A DNA stretch of 64,000 nt from a virus. Positions 27,660 through 37,007 of the stretch are shown here, one piece after another. The notes beneath the pieces were generated by a model. The model saw nothing but the letters and a program-made list of their open reading frames with translations. It had not been told where the DNA came from and ran no database searches. Each line of letters starts with the position of its first letter. Position 1 is the stretch's first letter. Location: positions 69,761 through 133,760 of IMG/VR virus record IMGVR_UViG_3300033149_001989, one strand, 5' to 3'. The translations under genes and the position numbers were made by a program.

Positions 27660-28058
27660 TTATTTCCATCCTTTTATGTGATGAATTGGTTTTGCCCGCT
27701 TCTTGCAACAAACCATACCTTTATCATTCAAATACAATAATTCACTATTTTTAAAAAAGAAGGTTTCGTGCTGCTTTCCGTGATATTTAATCCTATAAAA
27801 TCTCCCACCCTCTTGCACCATCGCATATTGAATTATTCTACCTCTAACATCACCAAATGCTCTCAGTTCCAAATCGTGGTCTACGTACGTAGTTATTGTT
27901 TGGTTTTGCCATACATCATCATTTAAAATACTAGAATCTAAGATGCCAGCCCAACAATTAAAACGTATCTTACATAAATCACAATTACCAAAACAATAAA
28001 AGGCAAAATCATCTAGCATAATAAATTTTGGTTCGTTTGGTTTTATTGTCTCATTCAT
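27660..28058 (-). CDS. hypothetical protein with Cys tag
   Basis: CDLCKIRFNCWA at 27948-27983. Confidence 0.8.
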   Translation of the reverse strand: MNETIKPNEPKFIMLDDFAFYCFGNCDLCKIRFNCWAGILDSSILNDDVWQNQTITTYVDHDLELRAFGDVRGRIIQYAMVQEGGRFYRIKYHGKQHETFFFKNSELLYLNDKGMVCCKKRAKPIHHIKGWK

Positions 28059-28186
28059 ATGGTAGCCTGGGGTATGCGGCTGCGGCGTCGCCGATACCGA
28101 TAGCGACGGTGATGGGGTGCCCGACTGTAATGACGGGTGTGCACTCAGTCATAGTAAAGTCTCTCTACTTTCCATCCCACAATAAC

Positions 28187-28215
28187 ATCCTATCATATGC
28201 CCACCGAAATGTCAA
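28187..28215 (-). promoter_or_regulatory. sigma70-type promoter
   Basis: TTGACA-N17-TAGGAT, extended -10 TG, GGCATA in spacer. Confidence 0.7.
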
Positions 28216-28225
28216 GTATTATTTC

Positions 28226-28316
28226 TGGCGGAGAGGGAGAGATTCGAACTCTCGGAAGCCTGGCTAACTTCAGACGGTTAGCAACCACCCACAATAAACC
28301 ACTCTGCCACCTCTCC
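28226..28316 (-). tRNA. tRNA-Ser(GCT)
   Basis: Loop TTGCTAA, long variable arm, G73, CCA. Confidence 0.93.
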
Positions 28317-28317
28317 G

Positions 28318-28390
28318 TCCAAGCGGAAGGATTCGAACCTTCATCCTCCTGCATATCAGACAGGTGCCCCACCAGTTGAGCCACGCTTGG
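28318..28390 (-). tRNA. tRNA-Ile(GAT)
   Basis: Loop CTGATAT; one C separates it from tRNA-Ser. Confidence 0.9.
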
Positions 28391-28809
28391 TTCTAAGTCT
28401 TAGCTGTTTATGAGTTTCATTACAATCTTTACATCTACAATCAGTAGCCGTACCATACGGCATCCCAATTGAATACTTTTCACTCATATTTGACCTTTAT
28501 GAAAAATCCCTACTTTTGTAGGGATTAATGTGCATATACATATTAAACTAAATATTAATCCCCATTACGTTGAATTCCATATCAACAAGTTACTATCTTC
28601 AAAATGTTTCCTAAGTTTCGGGTCGGCTATCGGGAACAACATTTCATTACTTCTATAAAATATCTTGTCACACTGGTCACAATAATAAACTATGGCACCA
28701 CCACACCTCACGTTTGACGTGAATATTTCGTTCCCGCAGGAACACTTAATTGATAATTGTCCCATTAGTTCTATCATTTTATTTACAGTTTTTCCATCAT
28801 TACACTTAT

Positions 28810-28838
28810 ATTATACCATACAAATCGCTAGTTGTCAA
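28810..28838 (-). promoter_or_regulatory. sigma70-type promoter
   Basis: TTGACA-N17-TATAAT with extended -10 TG. Confidence 0.85.
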
Positions 28839-29070
28839 GCCCCAACGACACACTTTTTCAAGCAATATTATACTAATCAGTAGTATCAGATGTTGCTGGT
28901 TCTATTTTATTCTTCACGATGCCACTAGCATTTATAGGTTAATGTTGGTTTTTCCTTGCCTCGCAAAACCATCACGAAAACCAACTATAATTTGCTCACC
29001 TTTGTGGAACAATTTATCAAATCACCTATAGTTTAATAACGAATTTTTATTCAATTCCTCACCCTCTTTG

Positions 29071-29148
29071 TGGTAGGGGTGACAGGAGTCGAACCTGCAT
29101 TAATACTTCTTTGTAGGAGAAGCGTTTCACCAATTAAACTACACCCCT
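29071..29148 (-). tRNA. tRNA-Val(TAC), C33
   Basis: CTTCT-CCTACAA-AGAAG, A73, CCA. Confidence 0.88.
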
Positions 29149-29880
29149 AATCTGGTAATATATCCTTCTGTACATATAACAGGCTTCATACACCCAACTA
29201 CCCCGCATCTTTTTCTTTCTTCTTTACAAGAGGTCTCTTTGTTTCGTCTTGGACAACTTCATAATCTAAGTTCTTTTTAACAACACGAACCTTATATTTA
29301 TCCGCAGGGTCTCTCTTATTGGGAGCAAACTCTCTATCTATATCTTTTCCAGTTTGGTCTTTCATTGATTACACCTTATAGGGTACCCAAGTACCAATCT
29401 TATAATCCACATTTTCTACCAAGACGAAGTGAAAAGTAAGTTGCAGTTTTGTGGCAATGAGTACATTGCATAGGTACACCAAATTTTTCTGTCATTATTT
29501 AATCTTTTCTAACTGCTAGGACCTAAAAAATATTCTGTCTTATCTTCTTTAGTAATATCATCTACAATTTTTATTTTAGCAAACGGTTTCTGTTCGTCAC
29601 AAAATGCGGTAACGCCACGCTCTGTTTTTAACGTTACATGGAATACCTTCTTTGTTCTAAGAATAGAACCATCAGGTGCTAGTTTAATTCCATAGACACC
29701 ACTGACTTCATACATTCCTCTACCTCAACCCTTGTTATTTTCCCTTTATTTTTAAGAATATCCTCCATTTCTTTGGTGGATTCCTCTTTTATCATAACAC
29801 ACCACGTGTGCCATTTATCATCTTCAAAGTATCTAACATAATAAAACAAGGAAGGAAACAAACTCCAAAATTAAGGTTCC

Positions 29881-30156
29881 TTACCCGTAAACATCTCCAT
29901 TTTGATTCCTTTTTATATCTTCGTAGGGAGCCACAACCCTACGATAGAGTTCGTGCTTAACACACTCAAGAATACCTATAGCCCGATTAAACTTTGCGTA
30001 GCCGCCCATACCATAGAACGAGTCAATGATACGAGTTATTAGATAATTAACATCACCATCCTTAACGTCCCTGCCTAGAACCAGTGGAATTTCTTCCAGC
30101 AGATTATCTATTATGGGATTTAGGTTGTTTCTTGCCTCTCGGTCTATATACGGCAT
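29881..30156 (-). CDS. conserved phage hypothetical protein
   Basis: MPYI...GDVNYLIT...[27 protein letters not shown] pattern. Confidence 0.8.
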   Translation of the reverse strand: MPYIDREARNNLNPIIDNLLEEIPLVLGRDVKDGDVNYLITRIIDSFYGMGGYAKFNRAIGILECVKHELYRRVVAPYEDIKRNQNGDVYG

Positions 30157-30374
30157 TTTCCATCCCCCTGTTGCTTACTTTTAATCTGCTTGTTCCTTTT
30201 CTTTCGTGTCCTCTCAACCGAAGGTTTCTCATAGAACTCACGCTTCTTTAATTCTCTCAAAATACCCGCCTCGTTGACACCACGTTTAAATCTAGATAAC
30301 AGAGACTCAAAAGCACCACTCTTGTTCCCTGTCTTGACCATTTCCTTTTCTACTCGATTTAATTTAACTTGCAT
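30144..30374 (-). CDS. rpsU: ribosomal protein bS21
   Basis: [10 protein letters not shown]...[23 protein letters not shown]. Confidence 0.9.
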   Translation of the reverse strand: MQVKLNRVEKEMVKTGNKSGAFESLLSRFKRGVNEAGILRELKKREFYEKPSVERTRKKRNKQIKSKQQGDGKCRI

Positions 30375-30820
30375 TACGAATTTACCACTACAAATCTATC
30401 GTCTAAGTATTTTTTAAATAATGGTTTCACTTCAGTTAGCCAATCAAGTCTACCATTTCCACAACCAGCACGTGTTAAATAGAACCTACCGTGCTTCCAT
30501 GGAGTATTTGCCCAATGAACAAGTTGTTTCAAAGACCTCTCAATAAGTTCAAGGTCTGCTTGTTCTTTCCAATGGTGTTTTACTGGAAGGGTAATGATTT
30601 TAAAGTTACCAAACACGAATAAGTTGTTACCCTCCTTTCTGATAGCCGCTCCTAAAATATAGGGAAATTTGGGAAATCTGATTGCTGTTTGTTTAGCAAT
30701 ACCACGACCCATAACGCACGCACCATCTTTCCTTGTATCCCCATTAACTGTAATTATTATCCAACGTCCTTTAGAATAGTGTTCCCACAAATCACCTTTA
30801 ACTTCTAGCATTAACAACAC
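30374..30820 (-). CDS. macro-domain (ADP-ribose-binding/hydrolase) protein
   Basis: [29 protein letters not shown]. Confidence 0.85.
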   Translation of the reverse strand: MLLMLEVKGDLWEHYSKGRWIIITVNGDTRKDGACVMGRGIAKQTAIRFPKFPYILGAAIRKEGNNLFVFGNFKIITLPVKHHWKEQADLELIERSLKQLVHWANTPWKHGRFYLTRAGCGNGRLDWLTEVKPLFKKYLDDRFVVVNS

Positions 30821-30911
30821 CTCAACATCTTCTAAATGCCCAACTTATCATATAGTTCGCAAGTAGTTGCCTAGAACAGTTCAATTTACTGGCAACAATT
30901 ATTCTACATCT

Positions 30912-31118
30912 TTACTCCCTGGTCATTTTAGTTCCACACTTAGGACAATCAATCTTATTACAAGGTTGATTTACAGTATGAGAAATTGTTTTACCACAGC
31001 TCGGACAAACACATTTTCCACCTGGACCTGCACCAGGTTTATCTCCCATGTTCCTGCCAACACCAGCACTCCAAACCCTTCTCTGCCTCGGTTTGCCAAA
31101 TTGGTCTACATTCTCCAT
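30912..31118 (-). CDS. small Cys-rich zinc-ribbon protein
   Basis: GAGPGGKCVCPSCG...PCNKIDCPKCGTKM. Confidence 0.75.
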   Translation of the reverse strand: MENVDQFGKPRQRRVWSAGVGRNMGDKPGAGPGGKCVCPSCGKTISHTVNQPCNKIDCPKCGTKMTRE

Positions 31119-31291
31119 TTGATTCCTCCCTAATCCAAACAATTTTCTGCCTTTATACAATCCATCGCAAATTACAAAATTTATTTGGTACCTGACCAAA
31201 AGCATGTCTCGGTCTACCAAACTGGCCTACACACTGCAACATAGCTAGTTGCCTTCTACCAATTCCAAACAGTCTCCTAAAATTTCTATTT

Positions 31292-32680
31292 CTATTTCTC
31301 ATTTTTAAATGCCTCTATCCTTTTTATTGCCATGTTAAAATAATCTCTATCTATCTCATATCCAATACAATTGCGACCCAAAATCTCACAAGAAATTGCT
31401 GTAGTTCCTGAACCTAAGAACGGGTCTAGAACCGTATCACCTTCTCTACTGCCTAGAGTTATCAAGTAACTAAATAATTTTATTGGTTTTACTGTTGGAT
31501 GAAAATTCCCCGTAGGGGTTTCCCATTTCGGTTCTTTACAGCGACAAGTGTAGTCATCCGACAGTCCTTGCTTTATTTGCCATTTGCCACAGTTTAAGCA
31601 CTTACGATTATAAGTATTACTACCAGTTCCCCCAATCAAACCCTTATTTTTTTCACTTTTACTAGCCTTCGGGACTATCAAAAACGGGAAGGTCTTTCGT
31701 ACCGATTCAGGGAGTTGCTTTATCTTTTCTTCCCCCCACTTGTCTAAATCAAAGTAGCGGGAGAATGAACCTGAATCACCATAATTACTTGGTGCTTTTG
31801 GTTGATTATTTTTTATAAATCCCTCAACATTATATTGCTTGCCTCGATAAGAGTAAGGTTTATTCCCATAACTAATCTTTTTGCCATCATTTAACACATC
31901 ATCACTTGCTAACAGATTGGCTGAGAAACGACCATTGCTGTTGACTTGGGGGGCTTCCAACGATTTGAAACCATATTCACCATTTCCAGCACCGATGCGC
32001 CTACCTTTTATATTATGCCTACCACCTACACTCGGAGTAGCTCCACTATCATAAGGGATACGACAATCATCCAACCAAGTAATGCCCTTTCGATTCTTTA
32101 ATGCTTGGTCAACATAAGTCTTCTCTGATAGTGGTTTCATAGCAACTATGATTACCTCTACTGCTGGTTTCGGTTGAAACCCACCATAACTACCGTCTAA
32201 AGACTTAGCTTCCTCTGTTGAAGGAATTGTTATGTCAAACTCACCACCAAAAGTATTATTCCCTTGTTGTGCCATTTGATAACTTACCTTGGGTGTCTCT
32301 GGACTACCTAACTTCCCTTTACCAATAATCTTCCTCTTAGCCCCCAATCTCTTGTCAATTTGCTTCGCTATGTTTTGAGCTTTGGGGAATCCACTGGCAA
32401 ATGCGTGATATATTGGTGTAAAGTCAACCCTAAATCCAGCATCTTCAAGAGATATAATCATCCTTGATAAACAATCTGCTCTTGGAATACTCATTACAAA
32501 AGCGAAGGCACCAGGACGCAATACTCTAAAACACTCTTCCCAAACTCGTTTATCTGGCAACGCCCTATCCCAATTCTTACCCATAAACCCAATACCATAA
32601 GGTGGGTCAGTTACTATCAAATCAATACTATTATCTTCTATACGTGATAATCCATCTAAGCAATCACAATTTTCTATCAT
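31292..32680 (-). CDS. beta-class DNA N4C/N6A methyltransferase
   Basis: IVTDPPY, HPTVKP, VLDPFLGSGTT. Confidence 0.93.
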   Translation of the reverse strand: MIENCDCLDGLSRIEDNSIDLIVTDPPYGIGFMGKNWDRALPDKRVWEECFRVLRPGAFAFVMSIPRADCLSRMIISLEDAGFRVDFTPIYHAFASGFPKAQNIAKQIDKRLGAKRKIIGKGKLGSPETPKVSYQMAQQGNNTFGGEFDITIPSTEEAKSLDGSYGGFQPKPAVEVIIVAMKPLSEKTYVDQALKNRKGITWLDDCRIPYDSGATPSVGGRHNIKGRRIGAGNGEYGFKSLEAPQVNSNGRFSANLLASDDVLNDGKKISYGNKPYSYRGKQYNVEGFIKNNQPKAPSNYGDSGSFSRYFDLDKWGEEKIKQLPESVRKTFPFLIVPKASKSEKNKGLIGGTGSNTYNRKCLNCGKWQIKQGLSDDYTCRCKEPKWETPTGNFHPTVKPIKLFSYLITLGSREGDTVLDPFLGSGTTAISCEILGRNCIGYEIDRDYFNMAIKRIEAFKNEK

Positions 32681-33077
32681 CTTTTATTTCCAACAGTTCA
32701 TATTTAACTTTACCATTCTTTATTGCTTCTCTCACGCTTTTTTGTCTCTTAGTTACTTGACTCTTATTAGTTTTAACTTCTACAAAAATAATTTCTTTTA
32801 CATTATCCTTCGATAGTCCAGAAAATACGACATAATCCAATGGTGACGCTAAAAAACGGGCTTCTGAGGGAACATACTTCCACTCTGGAAAATGAGGTAC
32901 AAGCTGTTCCACCACTTGTCCTTCAATAACACTGCGGCTTCTCCTAATAGCATCTTTCCTCGTCTCTACTAGGTCAAGTTCGTGCTGTTTCTTCATCTGC
33001 TCGTTCTTAGTCTTTTGCCATACATATAATCCAAAGAACACCACGAACAATCCAACAAAAACTATAACTTCAAACAA
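32664..33077 (-). CDS. membrane-anchored Holliday-junction-resolvase-like endonuclease
   Basis: N-terminal TM; RSRSVIEGQVVEQLVP, PLDYVVF, FVEVKT. Confidence 0.85.
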   Translation of the reverse strand: MFEVIVFVGLFVVFFGLYVWQKTKNEQMKKQHELDLVETRKDAIRRSRSVIEGQVVEQLVPHFPEWKYVPSEARFLASPLDYVVFSGLSKDNVKEIIFVEVKTNKSQVTKRQKSVREAIKNGKVKYELLEIKDDRKL

Positions 33078-33118
33078 ACTAGTCCTCCGTATGAGACTTA
33101 ACTAGGAGTATAGTCCTT

Positions 33119-35164
33119 CTAAATCATCCTCACATCATTTTGTATTCTATCTATTCTGCCCTCTAACCACCTTTTCTTCCAGTGTTGAAACACTTCATCA
33201 ACAGTAGGATAGTCATACTGTATTAATTCGTCAGTTTCCTGCTTTAAAAACTCCTTATAATTATATGCTAATGGAATAATATAAACACCACGAACATTAT
33301 CCACCCGCCAAACATCAGCATATTTAGACAATTTTTGATAACCTTTTACCACTCCGTAACGTTCTTTAACAGAACCATTCTCATTATAATATATTTCCGA
33401 ATACTTCCCTTTTGTCTTCTTATAATCTTCCCGCATCTTTTCTTTTACATCAAGAGGAATTAAAACTGACGAATAACCTTTTGTAGTTCCCAAATATTCA
33501 AACCCGTCTAATCGATTATACATACTAGATTTGCCATAAAGAGACGTTACCGTCATCGCAGCCAGTGGATGACCATACTTTTCTTGAAAATGATGCTGCA
33601 CTAATTTAGTTTTAGCAGACAATGCACATAATTTACCAGTTAGATACTTGCTGAGTTCTGGTGTAGCAACACATTGACCACAAAAAACAAAATTATTATT
33701 ATACCCCACTAAAGCGGTATGAGTATCTTCCACCTCAAAATCAACAACATACCCAGGTTTATCAACTTTTTCTACTTTTATAATCCTATCATAGTAAATA
33801 TCGTTATATTTTTTTACTTTTGTAGACTTAATATACAGTATATATTGCGGTTTACGTATTATCTTACCGTTGGTTCTGCATCCTCTATCTTTTCGTTCAT
33901 AAGTAGCTCCTGTCTTGTAGGATACAGATACTGCATAATTTAACCTAATTGCAATCTCAGTCAACTGCTTAAATAATTTTGGTGCTACTGTTGTAATTAC
34001 TATTTTTTCTCCAGTTATTTTATTTTCAATATAACCATCACCTTTAACGTAGGAATCAAAAAACAACTTTATATTGTCTTTTAAAACAAAATCTGGAATA
34101 AGTTTATTTTCTCTAACACCAAAGGTATCTCTAACAAATCTCGCAAATTTAGCATTACTTATATTGATATGATTAGCACTAATATAATAGCTACATCCTA
34201 GCTGTGAACAAAGTTCTTTAACAAACAACAGTAGTTCACTATAATGTCTACTGGAAGGAGATTGCCCTATATCTACATAATTATTTGTAACACAACCCTC
34301 TGACAAGTACCAACCAGCAAATTTTATCATATCTGACATCTTTACGTGAATTTTATAAGACTCTTTTAATCTACGTGTTACATCTCTATAGTCATAATCA
34401 AAATAATCTTTAAAACTATTGTGTAACCCACCAAGCAAATTACTTTGATACGGTATCGGAATAACATCACCAACTTCAAGTTCTTCTGCTGTTAAATTTA
34501 TCCACCCTTCACGTTTCTTTCTATCTAAATGTGAACCATTCTTAATACCTATCATATGATGCCCACCAGTCACTAATATCTGCCCACCTTGTCTTGTAGA
34601 TATTTTAAGCATTGATTCATTCGTTGTTTTTTTATTTACCCATAAAACAGGTTTTTCTACTATATTACCATTTCTATCAATACTATAAACAACATCGTTA
34701 GGTACAATATCTTTTACATACTTAATACCATCAGTAGTTAAAATACTATTATCAGGATGAAAACAGTGCTGGATATTCATTAGATAGTTAATCCTTTTAC
34801 CAGCCCACTTATTTTTGTGAGTCCATCCGATATACTTATCACGTATCGGAATGGTTAAATCAGAAGCCAAACCGACAATACCAAGAACAAAACCTGTTTT
34901 TTTATCTCTCACAAGATAATGAATCCTGCGACCAACCTCTCCACTCAGCGGTGCTGATGACACCTTCACTCTACCAAACCACCATAAATCTCTCAAATCC
35001 TGCGAGTTACAAAATTCCACATACGGTTCTATTTTTTCTACATTCGGTATGTCACTTTGAATGTTTTCCCATCTTGGTCTAATTGCTTCCAATCTGTCTT
35101 TATGCTTCTGAACATATTGTTCTTTTGCCTCTAGTAATTTTTCCCTTAACTCTTCCTTATCCAT
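33119..35164 (-). CDS. DUF4338 / Druantia DruA-like protein, intein-containing
   Basis: GRRIHYLVRD..G.VLG...RDKYIGW, GKLCAL, TSLYGKSSMYNRL, GTTKG. Confidence 0.75.
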   Translation of the reverse strand: MDKEELREKLLEAKEQYVQKHKDRLEAIRPRWENIQSDIPNVEKIEPYVEFCNSQDLRDLWWFGRVKVSSAPLSGEVGRRIHYLVRDKKTGFVLGIVGLASDLTIPIRDKYIGWTHKNKWAGKRINYLMNIQHCFHPDNSILTTDGIKYVKDIVPNDVVYSIDRNGNIVEKPVLWVNKKTTNESMLKISTRQGGQILVTGGHHMIGIKNGSHLDRKKREGWINLTAEELEVGDVIPIPYQSNLLGGLHNSFKDYFDYDYRDVTRRLKESYKIHVKMSDMIKFAGWYLSEGCVTNNYVDIGQSPSSRHYSELLLFVKELCSQLGCSYYISANHINISNAKFARFVRDTFGVRENKLIPDFVLKDNIKLFFDSYVKGDGYIENKITGEKIVITTVAPKLFKQLTEIAIRLNYAVSVSYKTGATYERKDRGCRTNGKIIRKPQYILYIKSTKVKKYNDIYYDRIIKVEKVDKPGYVVDFEVEDTHTALVGYNNNFVFCGQCVATPELSKYLTGKLCALSAKTKLVQHHFQEKYGHPLAAMTVTSLYGKSSMYNRLDGFEYLGTTKGYSSVLIPLDVKEKMREDYKKTKGKYSEIYYNENGSVKERYGVVKGYQKLSKYADVWRVDNVRGVYIIPLAYNYKEFLKQETDELIQYDYPTVDEVFQHWKKRWLEGRIDRIQNDVRMI
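33674..34765 (-). mobile_element. LAGLIDADG intein ending in Gln
   Basis: Starts CFHPDNSILT, VTGGHHM, FAGWYLSEG and YVKGDG helices, ends VVDFEVEDTHT..FCGQ followed by Cys+1. Confidence 0.9.
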
Positions 35165-35417
35165 CCATCCTTTCTCGCTCTTCTGAAGATAAATTATCTT
35201 TTAAGCCAACTTTAATTTTAGGTTTTCGCTTTATTCCTGTTATTCCTCTTGCTTCTGTAGTATAAAAGCCTGCTCCCTTATAATGAATAGGGGTCACAAA
35301 AATAACTCGATAAAGTGCGCCACCGCACTCACATATCTTTAGAGGTTCTTCATCAAATTTTTGTTTGACTTCTATTTCCCTACCGCAAGATTTGCATCTA
35401 TAAACGTAGTTTGGCAT
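35157..35417 (-). CDS. FmdB-family zinc-ribbon protein
   Basis: MPNYVYRCKSCG...CECGG...YKGAGFYTTE. Confidence 0.88.
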   Translation of the reverse strand: MPNYVYRCKSCGREIEVKQKFDEEPLKICECGGALYRVIFVTPIHYKGAGFYTTEARGITGIKRKPKIKVGLKDNLSSEERERMDG

Positions 35418-35821
35418 TACCACTCCTTCCTAGCTTTCCTAAACCATTTCACAAAATCTCTATTCGCTTTTTCCTGAGCCTCATTCCATTCTTTCATTGA
35501 GGGATGGTCATCGCTTACGATTTCTATACTATTAATAAATTTCTCTAATTCCTTATCATTTACCCACCTATCGTGGAAATTCCACTCAAAAAATTGACGA
35601 ACATTATGAGCAACTACTTTTAGCTTATCCCAAAGAATCTGACGGAGGGGGACAAAAAACGCAGCGTCTCTTTCAGTACTCTCTGACCACATAAAGTGTG
35701 GACAACCACCATTTGTTAAACAAAACGGAGTAGGATATTTTCGTCCGCAAGGATTGTTACCTTGCTTATCTTCCCTACCGAAACAAATGCCTTCTATTAC
35801 GATGTTATTCCAATATTTCAT
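35417..35821 (-). CDS. hypothetical protein
   Basis: 134 aa ORF coupled to neighbours. Confidence 0.7.
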   Translation of the reverse strand: MKYWNNIVIEGICFGREDKQGNNPCGRKYPTPFCLTNGGCPHFMWSESTERDAAFFVPLRQILWDKLKVVAHNVRQFFEWNFHDRWVNDKELEKFINSIEIVSDDHPSMKEWNEAQEKANRDFVKWFRKARKEW

Positions 35822-36147
35822 ACTCTATCCCAATAATACGGGTCAGCCATACCTATTAATCCTTGAAATGTTCCGATTAAATCATCTTTTGATTCTACTA
35901 GACATCCCCATTTATTATAACAAGGAATACCAGGAAAATCCTCTGGATAATAATACTTTCTGCCGTGATTTTCCACTATTTTGGTTATCTTACCCTTCTC
36001 AACAATAACATAACCCCCCTCACGTAAAAGAACTATATATTTATCTAAGCCAAAGTCTGGAACAATATCTCCCACCACCTTAGTAGACATATCACAATTC
36101 CACAACTTAACTTGGCTTCCTTTGGGGAAGCAATTATATGTACCCAT
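35818..36147 (-). CDS. hypothetical protein
   Basis: 109 aa ORF with GGGGG ribosome-binding site. Confidence 0.7.
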   Translation of the reverse strand: MGTYNCFPKGSQVKLWNCDMSTKVVGDIVPDFGLDKYIVLLREGGYVIVEKGKITKIVENHGRKYYYPEDFPGIPCYNKWGCLVESKDDLIGTFQGLIGMADPYYWDRV

Positions 36148-36320
36148 TTAATCCCCCTTGAACGTTGGTCTCTTCTTCTCATTTTCTCAATATTACGACA
36201 CTTATCACAACGGCATCTATTCTTGTGAGCACTAGAAGATGGGTGAACCCGCTTTGCCCTCCTCCTCTATCCATTTTTAACATCCGTTATTGATGAACAG
36301 TTCATTTGCGGTAACCAACT

Positions 36321-36343
36321 TGGTAGCGGGTTTGGTAGCGGGT
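36321..36343. repeat. tandem duplication of the tRNA-Met 3' end
   Basis: TGGTAGCGGGT occurs twice (36321 and 36333). Confidence 0.8.
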
Positions 36344-36408
36344 GTGGGTTCCGCCCCCACTCCCCTTGCTTATGAGGCAAGTGACTTATCTAATTTGTCC
36401 TACCCGCA
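36333..36408 (-). tRNA. atypical initiator-like tRNA-Met(CAT)
   Basis: Loop CTCATAA, unpaired 1:72, A11:U24, CCA; T loop GGCGGAA and D loop without GG. Confidence 0.75.
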
Positions 36409-36653
36409 TCATTTACCAAAATTATAAAAAACCGTCGTTCTTTTTCGAATCTCGCTTCAACTCTGGCAATATCCTTAGTTTCTTCTATAACTCTATTAAT
36501 AATGTCTGTACCTCTATCCGAATGAACAATTTCACGCCCACGAAAGAAAATAGAAACCATTACTTTATCTTTATTAAGTAACCGTTTAATATGCTTTAAT
36601 TTAACCTGAAAGTCGTGTTCCGCAATAGCCGTTCTTATTTTTATCTCTTTCAA
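36390..36653 (-). CDS. infC: translation initiation factor IF3, C-terminal domain only
   Basis: KEIKIR..IAEHDFQVKLKH...DKVMVSIFFRGRE; TTG start after GAGGT. Confidence 0.88.
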   Translation of the reverse strand: MKEIKIRTAIAEHDFQVKLKHIKRLLNKDKVMVSIFFRGREIVHSDRGTDIINRVIEETKDIARVEARFEKERRFFIILVNDAGRTN

Positions 36654-36694
36654 ATAAACCTCTTTTGTCGGTTCATAATTACCATTATTATACG

Positions 36695-36766
36695 AGCGTC
36701 CTCTGGGGGTCAAACCCAGTACTCAACTTTGGAAAAGTTGCGTGTAATCATCAACACTTAGGACGC
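36695..36766 (-). tRNA. tRNA-Gly(TCC)
   Basis: CAACT-TTTCCAA-AGTTG, U73; degenerate D and T loops; no CCA. Confidence 0.78.
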
Positions 36767-36771
36767 ATATC

Positions 36772-37000
36772 CCTACCGACAGGATGAATATCAAGTATTT
36801 GCCAAACACCCAACACCCATCACACGAATAAACGAGTAACTCTACTATGTCGCCTCAACACAAGGGCTAATAGTGAATGAAACAACACTACATTGCAGTA
36901 AGTAAAAGATAGCAAACACTATCCATTCGCCCTGTCGGTAAGTTTGACAACTAGATAGGCTACATTTACCACACCTCTCGTGAGTACCCTATTAGTTGTC
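36772..37000 (-). ncRNA. candidate structured RNA with repeated GUGUU motifs
   Basis: Helix GACAACUA/UAGUUGUC then helix UACCGACAGG/CCUGUCGGUA enclosing about 140 nt with five GUGUU. Confidence 0.55.
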
Positions 37001-37007
37001 TGAGGGA

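Noticed and set aside
2130-28215. GGCA spacer motif as a sigma54 promoter
   Set aside because: There is no TTGC -12 element at the required spacing, and the motif lies inside good sigma70 promoters.
31205-31240. tRNA 5' half-like sequence (CAGTGTGTAGGCCAGTTTGGTAGACC) on the - strand
   Set aside because: No anticodon stem, T arm or matching acceptor strand follows; at most a remnant.
33119-35164. Complete Druantia defence system
   Set aside because: Only a DruA-like gene is present; no DruE helicase or other partners.
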